DNA of 64,000 nucleotides, taken from positions 20,059,894-20,123,893 of the forward strand of contig NC_090210.1 of assembly GCF_033026475.1 (NCBI RefSeq), in the 5' to 3' direction. This DNA comes from Channa argus. Taxonomy: Eukaryota. A program made the translations under genes and the position numbers. Below the pieces are notes generated by a model, which worked only from the letters and a program-made list of their open reading frames with translations, did not search any database and was not told where the DNA came from. Below, piece after piece: positions 1-13,900 of this stretch. How positions within the stretch are numbered: the stretch's first letter is position 1; every line of letters begins with the position of its first letter.

Positions 1-1581
1 TCCTGTTTTTCTGCAACTCATTGTTTCTGCCACCTTCCTTTAAAACTTCTTAACTGTTAATTAGACAAATTGAGATTGTTTTAACTTAACCTGGTTAGTG
101 ATGAGCTGAAATCAAAGCATATGCAGTTGTCTAGAGCACCACAGGAAAAAGCCAGTTGAGTCGTGAATCAGCCTCAAATGTTCCTAAAGGCCCCAATAAC
201 GGTCAGTATAAAAAAAAACCCTGTTTTCCAGATCATCGTCTCCTTAATTTATGTTAAAGATAAACATATAAAGGTAAATGTTACTGGGCTGGAAAGTTAA
301 TTAGAGTGGGTTCATTGGAGTGTTGGACTTACTCCGTTAGTTTAGTCCCAATTAGTCCAAGTAACTTTTCCTTATTTTAAATGTGTCTTTTTCATTTTCT
401 GTCTCTTTCTGAATGTTTTGCATCTCTTTGTGGCAGTTGTGTATGTTTTAACTGAGCCCTATGAGTGTTTAACAAGAAATATTAATACTCACGTCATACA
501 GGAGCTCTGGCCCAGGTCGCCCTGACTTCTCAGGCCTTCAGGCCTTTGCCTAGTAGGACCATTTAGCATGTGTACCCAGTTTACAGTATATGGAATATTA
601 ATAATCCCTGATTCTTCTTCCACCTTATTGCCAATTCAATTTTAATTTCTAAACTCAAAGGCATCTGTAATATAGTTGTAGTACTAACTTTCACTAAAGG
701 TTCTAATAAATTGTGAATTTAAAGTAATATTTATTCCTTCCTCTCTTATATTAGGAATCTATGGTTATATTGTTTGTATAGGGAAAGTTGAACTAATGTC
801 GAGTTGGGATGCTCCTGTGTTGCTCTCGGAATAGTCGTATATCTAAAGCTTTTTATTTCTTTTTTAACCAGCAAGATCCTGACATGTGTTGGATGGTTGG
901 GATTCTGTCCCTATAAATTAAGCCAATAATTAAGCAAATGCTGTATATTCTTGTGTTTTCCACAGGTATTTCCCCCTTTTCAAGTTGCATAGCTGACATT
1001 GGAGTTGTTCTAATTGCACACGAACATAATCATAAGCTCAGTTCTCTTTTCCTTTTTATTTTACAAATCATTGAAATTTAATGTGCAGCACTATATACAG
1101 TTGTGTTTGCTTCACATTTTATTGAATACTCCACAAAGGCAATTCACTGCAAATTATTAGAGAATTACATTATAGGTAAATCCATGTTTTCTCCTTTTGT
1201 CCTTAAAAAAAAAAATTTAAATTCAAATAAGCAACAAATTGTTTATTGCGTTCATCATTTATTGTAAAAGAAAAGCTCATTTGAGTTTTCTTCATATCCT
1301 AATCTTCAATCCTGAGTTTATCAAAACGTAGTGATAAATTAATTTCAAAAAAATGACAATAGATGAAAATGCTTAAGTCTGTAGATTTTTTATACTTGCC
1401 TGATCCATTTGCAAGTTTCTCGTCATCTAAATGAAGGCACGTGTAAACATGAGAATTGCATAGCAACTTTTACAAAGACCCTTTTTTCAACATATTTTTG
1501 ATTAAATGCACATTCATCATTGAAGCAAAGACACAACATATTAACGATAATCTTTGGTTATAGTAGCAATCAATTCACTTT

Positions 1582-1716
1582 TTAAAGTCCTTCTCTAAAT
1601 TGCCTCCAGGAGAGAAAGTAGATTTTTCCCTGTCCATCACCACAAAGCAGCTCAGTGGGTTTTTGAGGGTTTACATCCAAAACCAGAACAGGACCTGCAC
1701 ATGCAAACATACCCAC
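1582..1716 (-). CDS. tep1: tep1-A terminal coding exon (VGMFACAGPVLVLDVNPQKPTELLCGDGQGKIYFLSWRQFREGL*). It includes the TAA stop at 1582-1584.
   Basis: The acceptor ttctttctctctctcttcacacag precedes the exon start at 1716. The exon is in frame and 135 nt long. Its C-terminal motif GDGQGKIYFLSW corresponds to the mammalian TEP1 C-terminus GDVQGNVYFLNWE. Confidence 0.8.
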   Translation of the reverse strand: MGMFACAGPVLVLDVNPQKPTELLCGDGQGKIYFLSWRQFREGL

Positions 1717-4700
1717 CTGTGTGAAGAGAGAGAGAAAGAAGAACAGTGATGCACAAACAGGAGAAAGACAGATTGAAATATTGTATAATAAAAACATTTC
1801 AGGAGAATGGAGACATTTTGGAATTAGCAGATGGCAGGAGAATTATACAGTAGTAAATCCATGAGGGATATATATGACATTAATTTATTAATAGCTGTCT
1901 TCTTCTTTTCCATGCATCTGTTCCCTTTCAGGGGTCGCGACAGCGAATCATTTGTCTCCAACTAAACCTATCTTAAGTCAGGCGTCAAGACAACTATATT
2001 GTATAATATAACAGTATAATTTCCACTATGTATAAAGGGCATATTTTGCACAAACATTTAAAAGATTAAATAATCAAATTCATATTGGTTTCAGGATGTA
2101 TAAGTAGCTGTGCCCCATCTTATTATTATAGTCTGTATAGTCCAGTTTTTGACCCCAGGGGCCAAAACTGGACTATACAGTGACTATACTGCACTGCTTA
2201 GTTTCCTCAGTGTTTGCTGAAAAACCAAAAGATTTCAGCTTATTTGAATCCTCACCAGTTTTCACCTCTACAGTACAGTGATAAGGTCCAATATGTATAT
2301 GGCTATGATAATTTGACAAATTAATTGATCCTTTGGCAATTTTCGGTCAAAATTAGGAAGAAATTACAGTTTAGATTGTGAATCACCAATCCAATAGAAG
2401 ATAAATATGCTATGATCTTTAAGCCAAATTAGTCACTCCTACATCCGACTTAGATTTTCATGATATAATGTACCCGTTTCTTGGTGGTTCTGTCCCACAG
2501 CTTCACTGTCCTGTCATAGGAGGCTGAGATTATGGTGCTGTCAGTGATTTTCAGCACACTGATCCTGTCACTGTGAGCCTGTGGACAAAACATCATTAGT
2601 AAACAGCTTTTCTTGTTGTAGAAAATGTGTAGTGAAGCATTTCTTACCATTCTTATGTTCTTCCACAAGGAAACCTCTGGAGGGTGGTTGAACCACACGT
2701 TTCCATTAACATCTCCACACACCACAAAGTCTAAAAAGGTATGCAGCACATTTGCAGTAGCATTTGGAGCAATAATTCCAGTAATATCAATGCTTGAAGT
2801 AAGAGTAGCAAAGGTAACAGCAGTTTGTACCTTTGTCCACAGTTGCAGCCGTCATAATGCTATTCTTCATCTCCTCATCAATATGTACAGTGTTCTCGCT
2901 GAAAGCTGACTCATTTTCTGGGCCCATGGCAAACTAGAAGGCAAATCACACTTTGATTTTATTCACATGTCAGTGACATGTAGTAACTTGATATAAGTAG
3001 GAGCTGCTGAATTGTACCCCCCCCCCAAAAAAAAGGTTGGAGGATTGAGTTGTAGGTTGGCTCAAACTCACAAGGAAGCCAATTTGAATTTTTCTTTTTT
3101 CATATATATCGTCACAAATGCCCAACAGCCACAAGCTTTTCTCATCGTTATGGATCACATCTAAAACTCTGGCCCTTTGGACCCATCTGCAAAAGGACAA
3201 ATATTCAGAATAAGCATGACAATAAACTCTTGTAAAATTAATAATCACAGCGTTAGCTGATCTCATTTTTTTTGCTGATAAATGTATTATAGAAAATTTC
3301 AAACTTTGTATGATCACAATAAATACTTTTGCCAGAATAAAACTCAAAGCTTATTAACCAGCCTTCATGAACTTGGAAAAGCGTTTATTAAAACAACCTA
3401 GACATCGATTATATTGTACAACATGTTGTGTTACCTAGAGACTGTGTAATTCTCACTGTCTTCATCGTTTTTTGAGACGTCAAATATGTTTCCAGTTTCA
3501 GAAACACCAATCAGGACAGAGCAGTAGGTGAGGTGGACCAGTTGTTGTGTTGTTGTGTACGTGGTTACCTTCACTAGTCTGAAACACAGAATAAAGCAGG
3601 ACTGCTTGGTGCGAAGAATCTCATTACACCTTAAAGTATGTGATGACCTTAATTTTCTCACTAGAACGCACATAATTCCATTGAGAAATTAAAAAGTCTG
3701 TGTGCTGTTGGTTAAGAAACCTGTTTAAATTTAGCACTAGAACAAAGATGGGTGATTATGGGGAGGTTTTATCTGCTGCTTCCTAACACAGTTACCATTT
3801 TGATGTTGTTCACCTTGCATTGCTGTGTTGGTGATTCCACACCAGCTTCCAAACATCAACACCCCACTGCATGTAGCCGACAGCCAGCTGGCTGTCAGGC
3901 ATGGAGCAGATCACTGTGATGGGGCTGTCTGAAGCCTGAAAGTGACAGACACTGTGTGATTACACAAACACAAAAGAACACAGGCCAAGTTTAAATCCCT
4001 TTGTGTACTTCTTCACCTGCTTGTGACCAATCACTCTGTTGTTTTGCCACAATTCCAGAAAACCGGATTCATAACCAGCAAGAGCCAAACCATCTTTCTG
4101 AGAGAAGCAGAGGGCGGTGACGGGGCCTCTCAGGCTAAGAGGACTCTCTGTAAAGAATTAAAAGTGAGTGACACTGCACAGACCATCTTTAAAAACGCCA
4201 CCTCTTCCTCACTACGTACGAGCTGGTCAGACACTCACTGGTGGTTATGTAAATAACCCAACGTTCTCTTTCATAGCATTCCTTTTGTGTCTCACATTGG
4301 GAAACACCAGGTAGATGTTGTCCCCACTGTCCCTCAAAGAGCACTACTGAGATGCACCTATACTAAGCAGTGAATGAGCTAGTAAGGAAGCTGTAACATC
4401 CAGCCTGTTAAACCTAGCAAAGGTATGAGGTGAGACCCAACTTGCTGCAGCACAAATGTCCTGAATGGAGGTCCCTCTGAAAAAAGCCCATGAGGTGGTA
4501 GAGTGCGTCCGCAGCCCCGCTGGTGGCTGTAGACCCCTAGAGCTATATGTCAAGGCAATAGTCCTGTCAATGTAGACGTGCCAGGAGATAGCAATCTCTT
4601 CCAACAGCTCCAGGAAGGTTGGCAGCAGTTGTTTCCGCTTTCTGCAGCTTCTTCCAGTCGAAGCGTGACCGAGTCACCTCGGCTTGAACCTCAGGCCACT

Positions 4701-7700
4701 GGATATTGGTCACACTGAAGGCGTTTCCAATGTGACACACAAAACGAATGCTATGAAGATAACCGCAAAAGACAGACCACAAAATAAAGCGGCACAGCTA
4801 ATCCTACTCTAATCATCATCATAACACACAAACATAACAATGACTAGGGGCTACTCTAACAACTTATAGAAACGGTAAGCTTTTTATTTTGTGTTTAAAA
4901 TTTGGTGAGTAATGGTGGTTTCAGATTTACCATGCAAATAAATAGTTTGCATAGGATAAATCCATTAGGATGCTACAGACACCTTCAGAGGATACACATG
5001 ACATTTTGCTGACTTTTTTCAAGCTTTCTTTCCTCGACTAATCTTAATTTTGAGGAGTTGCAATAATTTACTTTAAAATTAAAAGTCCAAAAGATGCTCT
5101 CTCCATTTTAATTTCATTTTTGATCTGACCTTGGTCTGTGTAAGAACAAACATTTTACGTGCAGATAATAGCAACTAGTTTAGCTTTTCAAAAAAAAAGT
5201 ACTTATGCTGGCAATGTAAACAGTATTACTAGTTGTCCGTGTCCAGCATCGCAATGAGCAATCTTCAGAAACTGTGAGAAATTCTCCTCCTTTGTGAACA
5301 ATTCCACGAACTGCACCACTGTGACCCCGAAAGGAGTTCAAGTGCTCCACCTGTACATAAAATACAGGGTGTGAGACAGGAGACAAAAGTAGAATAAATG
5401 AGTGTCAATGTTCACTCACTTCACGGACAATGAGACAGCAGATAAGTAACAATCACGTATTGGAGAGAACCCCACATAAAACTGAAGAGAGAATGTTAAT
5501 TGTGAATTAATTTAACACAAAAATGAATCGATCTGTGAGTGTGACAAAAGCATGAATAAAGATAAAGAGAGGTTAACATGGGTGATCTGGAAATATTGTA
5601 ATGAACTGAGAACAGACAGACCAGAAGCGGTTTCCAAATCCGCACTGTGCCGTCATCAGATGCAGTGAAAACAGTCATTTCTTCTGGATTGGTTGAAAGC
5701 ACAGCAATAAAGTATTATTACAAACATTAAGCTTGAGGACTTATTATTGTACAATATGGTAAACGACAGGGAGACAAAAAGAGTCCACTTGTGCCGTTTC
5801 CTCTACAGTACCTGTGTTTGGGTGGAGACAGCAGTGGTGTATCCGCTGCTTGTGGGCAGTGATGTGACAGATTTCTATGGAGGTTTCCCAGTTCCACACA
5901 TGTAGTGCTCCCTCTGCACAGCCAGCCACCACATACTGTCCCTGCACACAGAAACAACAACAGTTGACTCTTCGATAATTCGGGAACACAGCTAAATATT
6001 CATTTATCCACCTAAAGAGCTCATTTACCATAGTGTGATGACTATGTACACTGCATTATATCAATACACCTAAAGAAACCTTCTTACTAGGCAGCAGACT
6101 GAGGTAAGAGGACTCCTCCAGGAAATTTCCCTGTAATGCTGGCCTGACTGCAGGTCCCATAAACAAAGTCTTCCATCGACTGAAGCACTAATCTGGAAGA
6201 GAAAAGGTGGCTGAGAAAGTTTCTAGAGACACAAAAGTAAATGTAGTATGTTAATACTGCATGTCTCTGTGGGACAGACCTGTAGCTTTTTATTTTTAAT
6301 AAGTTTTATTTATGGCACTTGGGAAAAATACAACAATGACTCACGACACAGTCTGGAGTCCAAACACAGCCAGTGATCCATGCTCTGTGAGAGTGAAGGA
6401 GCGATTTAGAAAGAGCAGCAGGAGACGAACTCACATCCCACAGCATCAGGACCTGCAACAAATTCAGGTTTTTTTGTTAATCTAGTTGCACAGTGACAAG
6501 AATTCTACAACATGGGACACATGAGGTCCCATTAGAACTACTCGAACAAATGGATTTGCTCTTAACTGGCATGTACAAGCGATTTAAGGTGATTTATTGC
6601 ATTCGCCAATTTTCTCTTAGCTGCAAATGAAATTCTTGAGAGGCCTAGACCTTTCGAAAGTGACATGAACAGTCTGTCTTTCTCGGGGGGGGGGGATTAT
6701 GGTGGCTTTGTCTGAGAGAGTTTAAGTTTTAAATGTGATTCATTCTGTAGTTAAACTTGCAACTGAAAAAAAAGGTGCTGCCTTTCAGCTGGATATGGAG
6801 AAAAGCGCTCAGACTGACATAGTGTCCAGTGACTCTCTGCATAAGCCTTTCTATATTACATAATATTCTTTGTATATTAGTTTTATTAAGAAATTATCCC
6901 ACCTGATCTTTTCCTCCAGACAGTAACTGTCCACCATCAGGGCTGAAAGCCAGACAGGTGACTCCTCCACTGTGACCCCTCAGCAACGCATGTGGCTCAA
7001 TTGAAGAGTCAAGGGCCAGATCGCTCAACAACCACAAAGCAATAGTGAAGTCATCTAAATGAAAAGGTAAATATACAAAAGACATAATGTGACTGTACCG
7101 TTTTGTTTTTTATTTTTTAAACCAGATCAGGTTTTTAAGCCATACCCGAAGCTGTAGCCAGGTAAGTGGAGTTTTGTGCCAGTGCCAGGGTAGTTCCTAG
7201 TTGCACACCAAACATTCTCAGCATTTTCAGACTAGCCATCTTTCCCTCTACTTCTTTTCTCTTCCAGCACCTTAAATAATTGTCACTCCCTCCAGACACC
7301 AGCAGATCAGGTTCAGTCTGCTCTGGGTCCAAAACAACCCACAGCAGACACAGTATGGACACGTCAAGGTCACTGGACGCCCAAATCATGTCACCTATAG
7401 AGAGTTATAAAGAGAGATTTTGTTTACTAAATCTGAGTGTTACCTCTTCCGTTTTAGCACCGAATAAAGATATTGTATTATTCAACAATCAAAGATGTTT
7501 TGTTTCCTTTAAATCCCTAAATTACTGCATTTCTGCTCCACAATACAATACAAAAGCAACATATGAAATGCTATAGAATATAAATGTAGCTACTGTGTAC
7601 AGCTACAACTTCTGTAAAATATTACAGTTACAAAGCAAATGGTGGAAGTTTAGAATTTGAAGTCATGTCTTCTTAAACTGCCTTTAGCTGTCATCTGCAC

Positions 7701-7883
7701 ATCTCTACACTTTTTTAAAATATATGTTTCCAGTCAAGCAAACACACCTGAGTCAAGACTGAAGAGTTTGATGCCTTTAGCATGGTAACCCACAGAAGCA
7801 TAGTCTCCACTCACAGCCACACAGAGTGCGGCCGGATCAGAGAATACAGACTTTTTTAGAGGTGGATCCTGCTCTCTCACATA

Positions 7884-7944
<61 letters not shown>

Positions 7945-10900
7945 AACTAAACAACTGGAGCAATTTGAAAAAAAAAAAAGTCTGCTGTATCTTCATTATG
8001 GAAAAAACTAATTAACAACTAGCCTTTAAATATATATCATCTTATGTTAGATTGTAACTGAATCAAATGCGTCTCTTGAATACTGTATATGCAATTGCCA
8101 TGGCCAGCACCTTGTTTTTAGAAGAAATTACCACAATATCAAATTAGAATACCAACTTGTGCAGCTTGTAAAAATGTCTTTGTGTCTACAGTCTTTTTGT
8201 GGAATATGTGACCACTAGAAGGGATTAAAAAAAGAGTTAGCTGATGCCAGTGTATTATGTAAAAACTCAAAGATCGATATTGAACTTACATGATCACTTT
8301 TTAATGTCATGACTGAACGTCCAAGTTCTCCTGACCAGAGGTGGAGCTGTTTTATAGGAAACAAAATTACACTGATCAAAAATAAGACAGAGGATATGTC
8401 TTGCAGCAGCTAAAGAAATGCAACCTGCCAAAGTCAATTATGGTATATTTCTACACTGATGTCACTGAAACCATCCTGACCCGCTCCATCACTGTTTGCT
8501 ATGCTGCCTCCACCAACAAGGATAAGAACAGACTGTAGCATATCGTTCAGTTGGCTGATTGGCTGACAGTTGGTGTGATTGGCTGCAATTTGCCACTTCT
8601 GCATTTCTCTAGGACCCTGGACTAAAACTTTCAGAAAGACCCCCCTCTGGCAAAAGGCTGTGCTCTATCAAACCCTCACACCACAAAAACTGTTTCTTCT
8701 CGTCTGCTGCTGGCTGAACAAGGCCCAGGCCCCCCAAATAAAAAACTCACCATGTGATCCGATCCAGCGCTGAGCAGCATGGCTCCATCATCCAGGAAGG
8801 TGAGGGCCTCTATAGCTCCACAGTGAGCCTGGAAACATCGCACACAGGTGGAGGTGGGCACTGACCACATCCTGACCTCTCCAGACACAGAGCCAGAGCA
8901 GAGCATGGAGGAGGAGGAAGAGAAGCAGAGACTGCGCACTGAGCGCTGGTGACCACGCAGAGACTGAGGGAAAAGACGGAATAGTTTAACAATAAATGAT
9001 TTTAATTTGGAGAAGTAAGCATTCTATGCAAGTAACAATTCCTTTGATGTCTCCTCACTAAAACTCACTGTTAGAGATTTATTTTGCAGCCAGTTCCACA
9101 CAATCACATTTCCATCCCAGCAGCCAGCAGCCAGCAGATGACCCTTGGGGTCAAAGTTCGCACAGTTCAATGGGCTAGAGCTGGGCAATGCCGCTACCAC
9201 ATGACCCTTGGAAGAGGACCAGACCTGAAATACCAGAAAAGTATTTTGCAAATAAAATGAGAAATACTAAAATCAAACGGCTGAAGAACTAATACCAAAG
9301 TTTATTGTAATTTGTTGGAGACCAACTTTAAGCAAGAGGTCAAGAGAAACGGTTGCAAAGTGCTTTCGGTCTCCAGTGACATCACTTGCTGTTATCACAT
9401 GACTGTGGCCATCAATAAGAGCAGTCCTGCAACAGCACAAAACACAAGTCAGCTATTTAAAACGGTCTATGCTAGAGTATATCTGAGAAAGGCCAACAGG
9501 ATTCTGGGATTGTTACAAAGTCAGGTATTATGCAAAATTTCCTTCTAACACTTCTTTCACCTGCAGCTGTTCTTGATGTCCCAGATCTCTATCCTTCCAT
9601 CAAAGGAGGTGGAAGCAAGATGTCCATCGTTCAGAAAGACACAGCTTGAGATCCCGTCACAACTGCTCACCAGCGACCTCACTTCCTGAAAAATGCATAT
9701 TAGATATTTCTGCAGCTGTTTTTCTCATCACATTTATTAAGTGAACAGCCCATTTTCTCAAACATACTGGAATTGTATTTGTTTTACATACTGTGCAAAA
9801 CAATACAAAATACTGGGAGGACAGCAGAACAAAGATAAAGATTCATTATCTTTAACCTGGGAAGGCTAAAAATCAGATAGCTAACCTGATGCATTTATAC
9901 ATGGATTTTATATAAGAAGGCTGAAAGTGAGTTGTGTGTAAACAAGTAATGTCTGTTCAGGATTGCTACTCCTTCGCTCAATCTAGAAAACACAATTACA
10001 CACCACACACCATGTAAGCTATATGGTAAGGTAGGGTAAACTAATGATAAAGAACACAGAAAATCAGGAAGATATTTTTTTAGATTAATATGACAATAAC
10101 CATATGACAGTAAGTATATACCAAAATAAAACCCCAAATCCTGGAACTAAAGTTTGTTCATACTTGTCCTGTTTGTGTCTTGATGAAATGCAGCCTTCCC
10201 TGTCTAGTACCAACCACCATCAGCTCTCCATCAACGCTCAAAACCAAACAGGTTGGTTCAGACGAGAAGGTTGACACAAGTAAACTGTGATGAAACACAC
10301 AAGACTGTATATCAATTTCCAATCAAACACAAATATACCTTTTGCCAAAGTACAACCCCAATTCCTAAAAAGTTGGGAAAATGTGAAAACCTAAATAAAA
10401 TTGAATGCAATGATTTGAATGATGCAAATCTCATTAACCCATATTTTATTTACAATACAACATAAACAACATATCAGATGCTGAAACAGACATTTTACCA
10501 TTTCATGGAAAATATTGCCTTATTTTGAATTTGATGGCAGCAACACACCTCAGATCCCACATCTTGGAAGAGGGGCAACATGAGGCTGGAAAAATAATTG
10601 CCACAAATAAAAAACAAATGAAGGAGCATTTAACAACTAATTAGGTAGCTGGCAACAGGTCAGTAACATGACTGGGTATAAAAGGAGCATTTCAGAGAGG
10701 AAGAGCCTCTCAAATTTAAAGATTTAAAGGCAGAGAGGTTCACCAATCTGTGACAAACTGTGCCCAACAATTTCAGAAAAACGTTCCTCAACATAAAATT
10801 GCAAAGACTATGAAGATCCGACCATCTACAGTATATAATATCTTCAAAAGATTCAGAAAATCAGGATGAAGCTAGCTACAAGGTCAAGGTCAAAATTAAA

Positions 10901-13900
10901 TGCATGTGATCTTTGGGTCCTCAGTTGGCACTGCATTGAAAACATGGGAATGGGTTCAGGAACACTTCCAGATATCACTGTCTGTGAACACAGTTCACCA
11001 TACAATCAACAAATGTAAGTTAAAGCTGTAACTTTCAAAGAAGAAGACATATGTGAACATGATCTAGAAACTCTGCTGGGTTTCTGGGCCAAGTCTTATT
11101 TAAAATGGTCTGAGGCAAAATGGAAAACTCTTCTGTGGTCAGATGAATCAAAAATTGAAATTGTTTTTGGAAACCATGGACACCCTGTTCTGTGGACTAA
11201 AGAGGAGAGGGACCATCCAGCTTGTTAACAATGGACAGTTCAAAAGCTTTCATCTCTGATGGTATGGGGCTGTATTAGTGCCTATGGCGTGGGGGGCTTT
11301 CACATCTGGATTGGAACCATCAATGCTGAAATGTAAACAGTGGTTTTAGACTGGAGCAACATATGTTCCCATCCAGACAACGTCTTTTCAGGGAAGGACG
11401 ATGCTAAACCACATGCTGCATCCATCACAACAACATGGAGAGAAAAGGGGATGCTACACAATGGCAAACATCACCCTCTTCCAACTTTTTTGAGACGTGT
11501 TGCCATCAATTTTAAAATTAGCTCATATTTTCCATGAAATGGAAAAGTTTCTCAGTTTCAAGATCTGATATGTTGTTTATGTTCTACTATGAATAAAATA
11601 TGGGTTGATGAGATTTGCAAATCATTGCATTCTGTTCTTATTTATGTTTTATACATCTTCGCCAATGTTTTTGAAATTGGGGTTGTAATTTCCACTAACA
11701 CAAATTGAAGCTTACCACTATAAACCCACCCACCTTGGGTCTTGAACAGTCTGACTTTCACGGTTTAGCCACTCAACTACCTGGACCCCTCCATTTCCCA
11801 CTAGAGCTTGTGCCCACTTGTGAGCAGAGGTCTCTGGAAGCTCATTGAGGGCCTGCTGAATGAAAAGATCCGGCCAAGAAGAGAGCAAGGGGGCATATCG
11901 CTGCATGAAACTATGACAATCCTTCATACTGTCCTGAAAGTCAACTGTAAAGGCAAAAAAAAAAACTTGTAAGAACAATAAAACTTAAAATTGTGAGGAG
12001 CTTGTGGGTAAAATATTTTAAAGCACTTACTTGATGTTGCACACACATTCTTCTTATCTGAAGAAAAGGACAACATATACAGGATACAAAAATTAGTATT
12101 TGTTTTGATTTGCTACTTATCAAGGGGATGTTTTCCTGAGTCAACCTGCCTCTTCTTCAGTTTCAACTGAATATGAGCAAAAATTTGAAGAACTACAGGT
12201 AAATGATCTCAAAAGCAGCTAAACTATACAACGACATCATCACATTTATCATATAGTATCATTATGCAAACCCACCGTAGGTCTCCAGGAGGTGGTGCAG
12301 GAGGCCGTTGCGCACATTAGCATACAGGAAAAAGTAGCTTGAGAGCAGAGAATGAAGCAACTCCAGTTGGTCACTTAAGATCTAAACCAAAAATCAGAAA
12401 GACGATAAAACTGAGAAAGATCATCGGTAACTGTTAGTCTCTGAATGTGTCTGTATGAGGCATATTACATTTATTTTCCTGAATGAGCAATTTGTTTTCG
12501 GCTAAACACTCTAAACACTTAAGTTTGATTTAAGTTCACTGCAGCACTGTCTGTTTAAAATTTTATTAATTTATAATACACAATACACAAGATTCTATAA
12601 ATGTTGCTTGTCTGCTGTATTGCCAGAAGTGATTCATCTAGCTTTCAACCTTTGCCAAAGCACTGTTGTGATGAGTGGTGATAGATAATTACTTACCAGG
12701 CTAGAAGGCAGGTGCAAAACAGAGTTGGCCTCACCGTGAAAGAAGGTATCTTCTCCCTGGGGGTCTGCCCCCACCCAGAAATGAGCTGTTGAAGATCAAA
12801 TAACATATGGAACCACAGACTGTTTTAATGTGATATTTGACATCTTTGTAATGCAGAAAATTGACATTAGCTGGTAAACTTAGAACAAACATGTTTGCAG
12901 AGGATAGTAAGTTACACTAAGGTACATAAATTATCTTTAAGACACAATCATGCTACGCCTGTGTGTTTTATGCTCTTTTCCTATCCCGTTTTGTTTTCAT
13001 CTCTTCGAATCTTGTTTTAATGTTCTTGTTTAATTGAATAATGAAAGTGTGTTATTTGCCTCAGATTTGTGAGGTTTCTAATTCAAAACTAAAACAGGAA
13101 TTAAAAAACAATTTAAGAAAAGTGAGACAATGTGACTAAAACTAAAACACCTTTTACCTGCTAGTATGACATGAGCTCTGGTTCTGTCACTTTCCGCTGG
13201 GAGGAGAAAGTCTTCAAAGGCTTGTTTTACCACTGGATTGGTTAGAGCCAGCAGGTCATCAGTGCTGTGACAATGAGATGAGCCAACCAGACTGCAGGAA
13301 AATGTTCAAGGATGTTAATGCCCACACGGGTTCATGTCAGACATCATTTACAATGTATCTAAACAGACTGAAAAATATGAGTTTTTGTAATAAAAGTCAT
13401 ATCTTGACAATCAATTTCTGCTCTCATGAGATCCATACCTTTGTAAACTCTGCATTATACGGATAAATGTTGCCATGGGAACACGTCCTTCAGGATTCCT
13501 GGACAAGTGCAGCACTTCCTTCCATGACATTTGTCCATCCCGTGAGAATAGGTCATTGCATGTGTTCAGTAAAGAGTACAAGTCTCTCTTGCTGAGGGCT
13601 GTGGATGAAGAGGAGAAAATTTTGTGTACTATATTCAGTTCAGCACTTCAAGGCAAGTCTGCTGACCAGAAACACCAAAGCCAATCGAACAAGGGCCCTT
13701 AAAGGGCACTCGACAGACAACACTGTAGGAATAGTACAGTGTAGAGTGAAACCGAAAAAAAAAACAAAATAAGATTAATAACTACAGCCTAATAGTTGGG
13801 TTCCTTTATTGGCCCCCTTGGTAGTGTGGACTCTGGGTCATCCGCCCATGATACATATCTTACCAGTGGTGCTGACGGTGAACACTGCCAAAGCCCAGTG

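Noticed and set aside
2450-2749. Apparent exon-order conflict. The VVCGDVNGNVWF motif resembles the TEP1 C-terminus but lies upstream of the AHSDRISVLK exon.
   Set aside because: This is resolved. The true C-terminal motif, GDGQGKIYFLSW, sits in a separate terminal exon at 1582-1716 in copy A and 34000-34119 in copy B. The upstream GD.NGN.WF is simply another WD repeat. The order therefore matches mammalian TEP1.
7826-8011. ORF encoding HTHTHTHT...
   Set aside because: It is a translation artefact of the (CA)n microsatellite.
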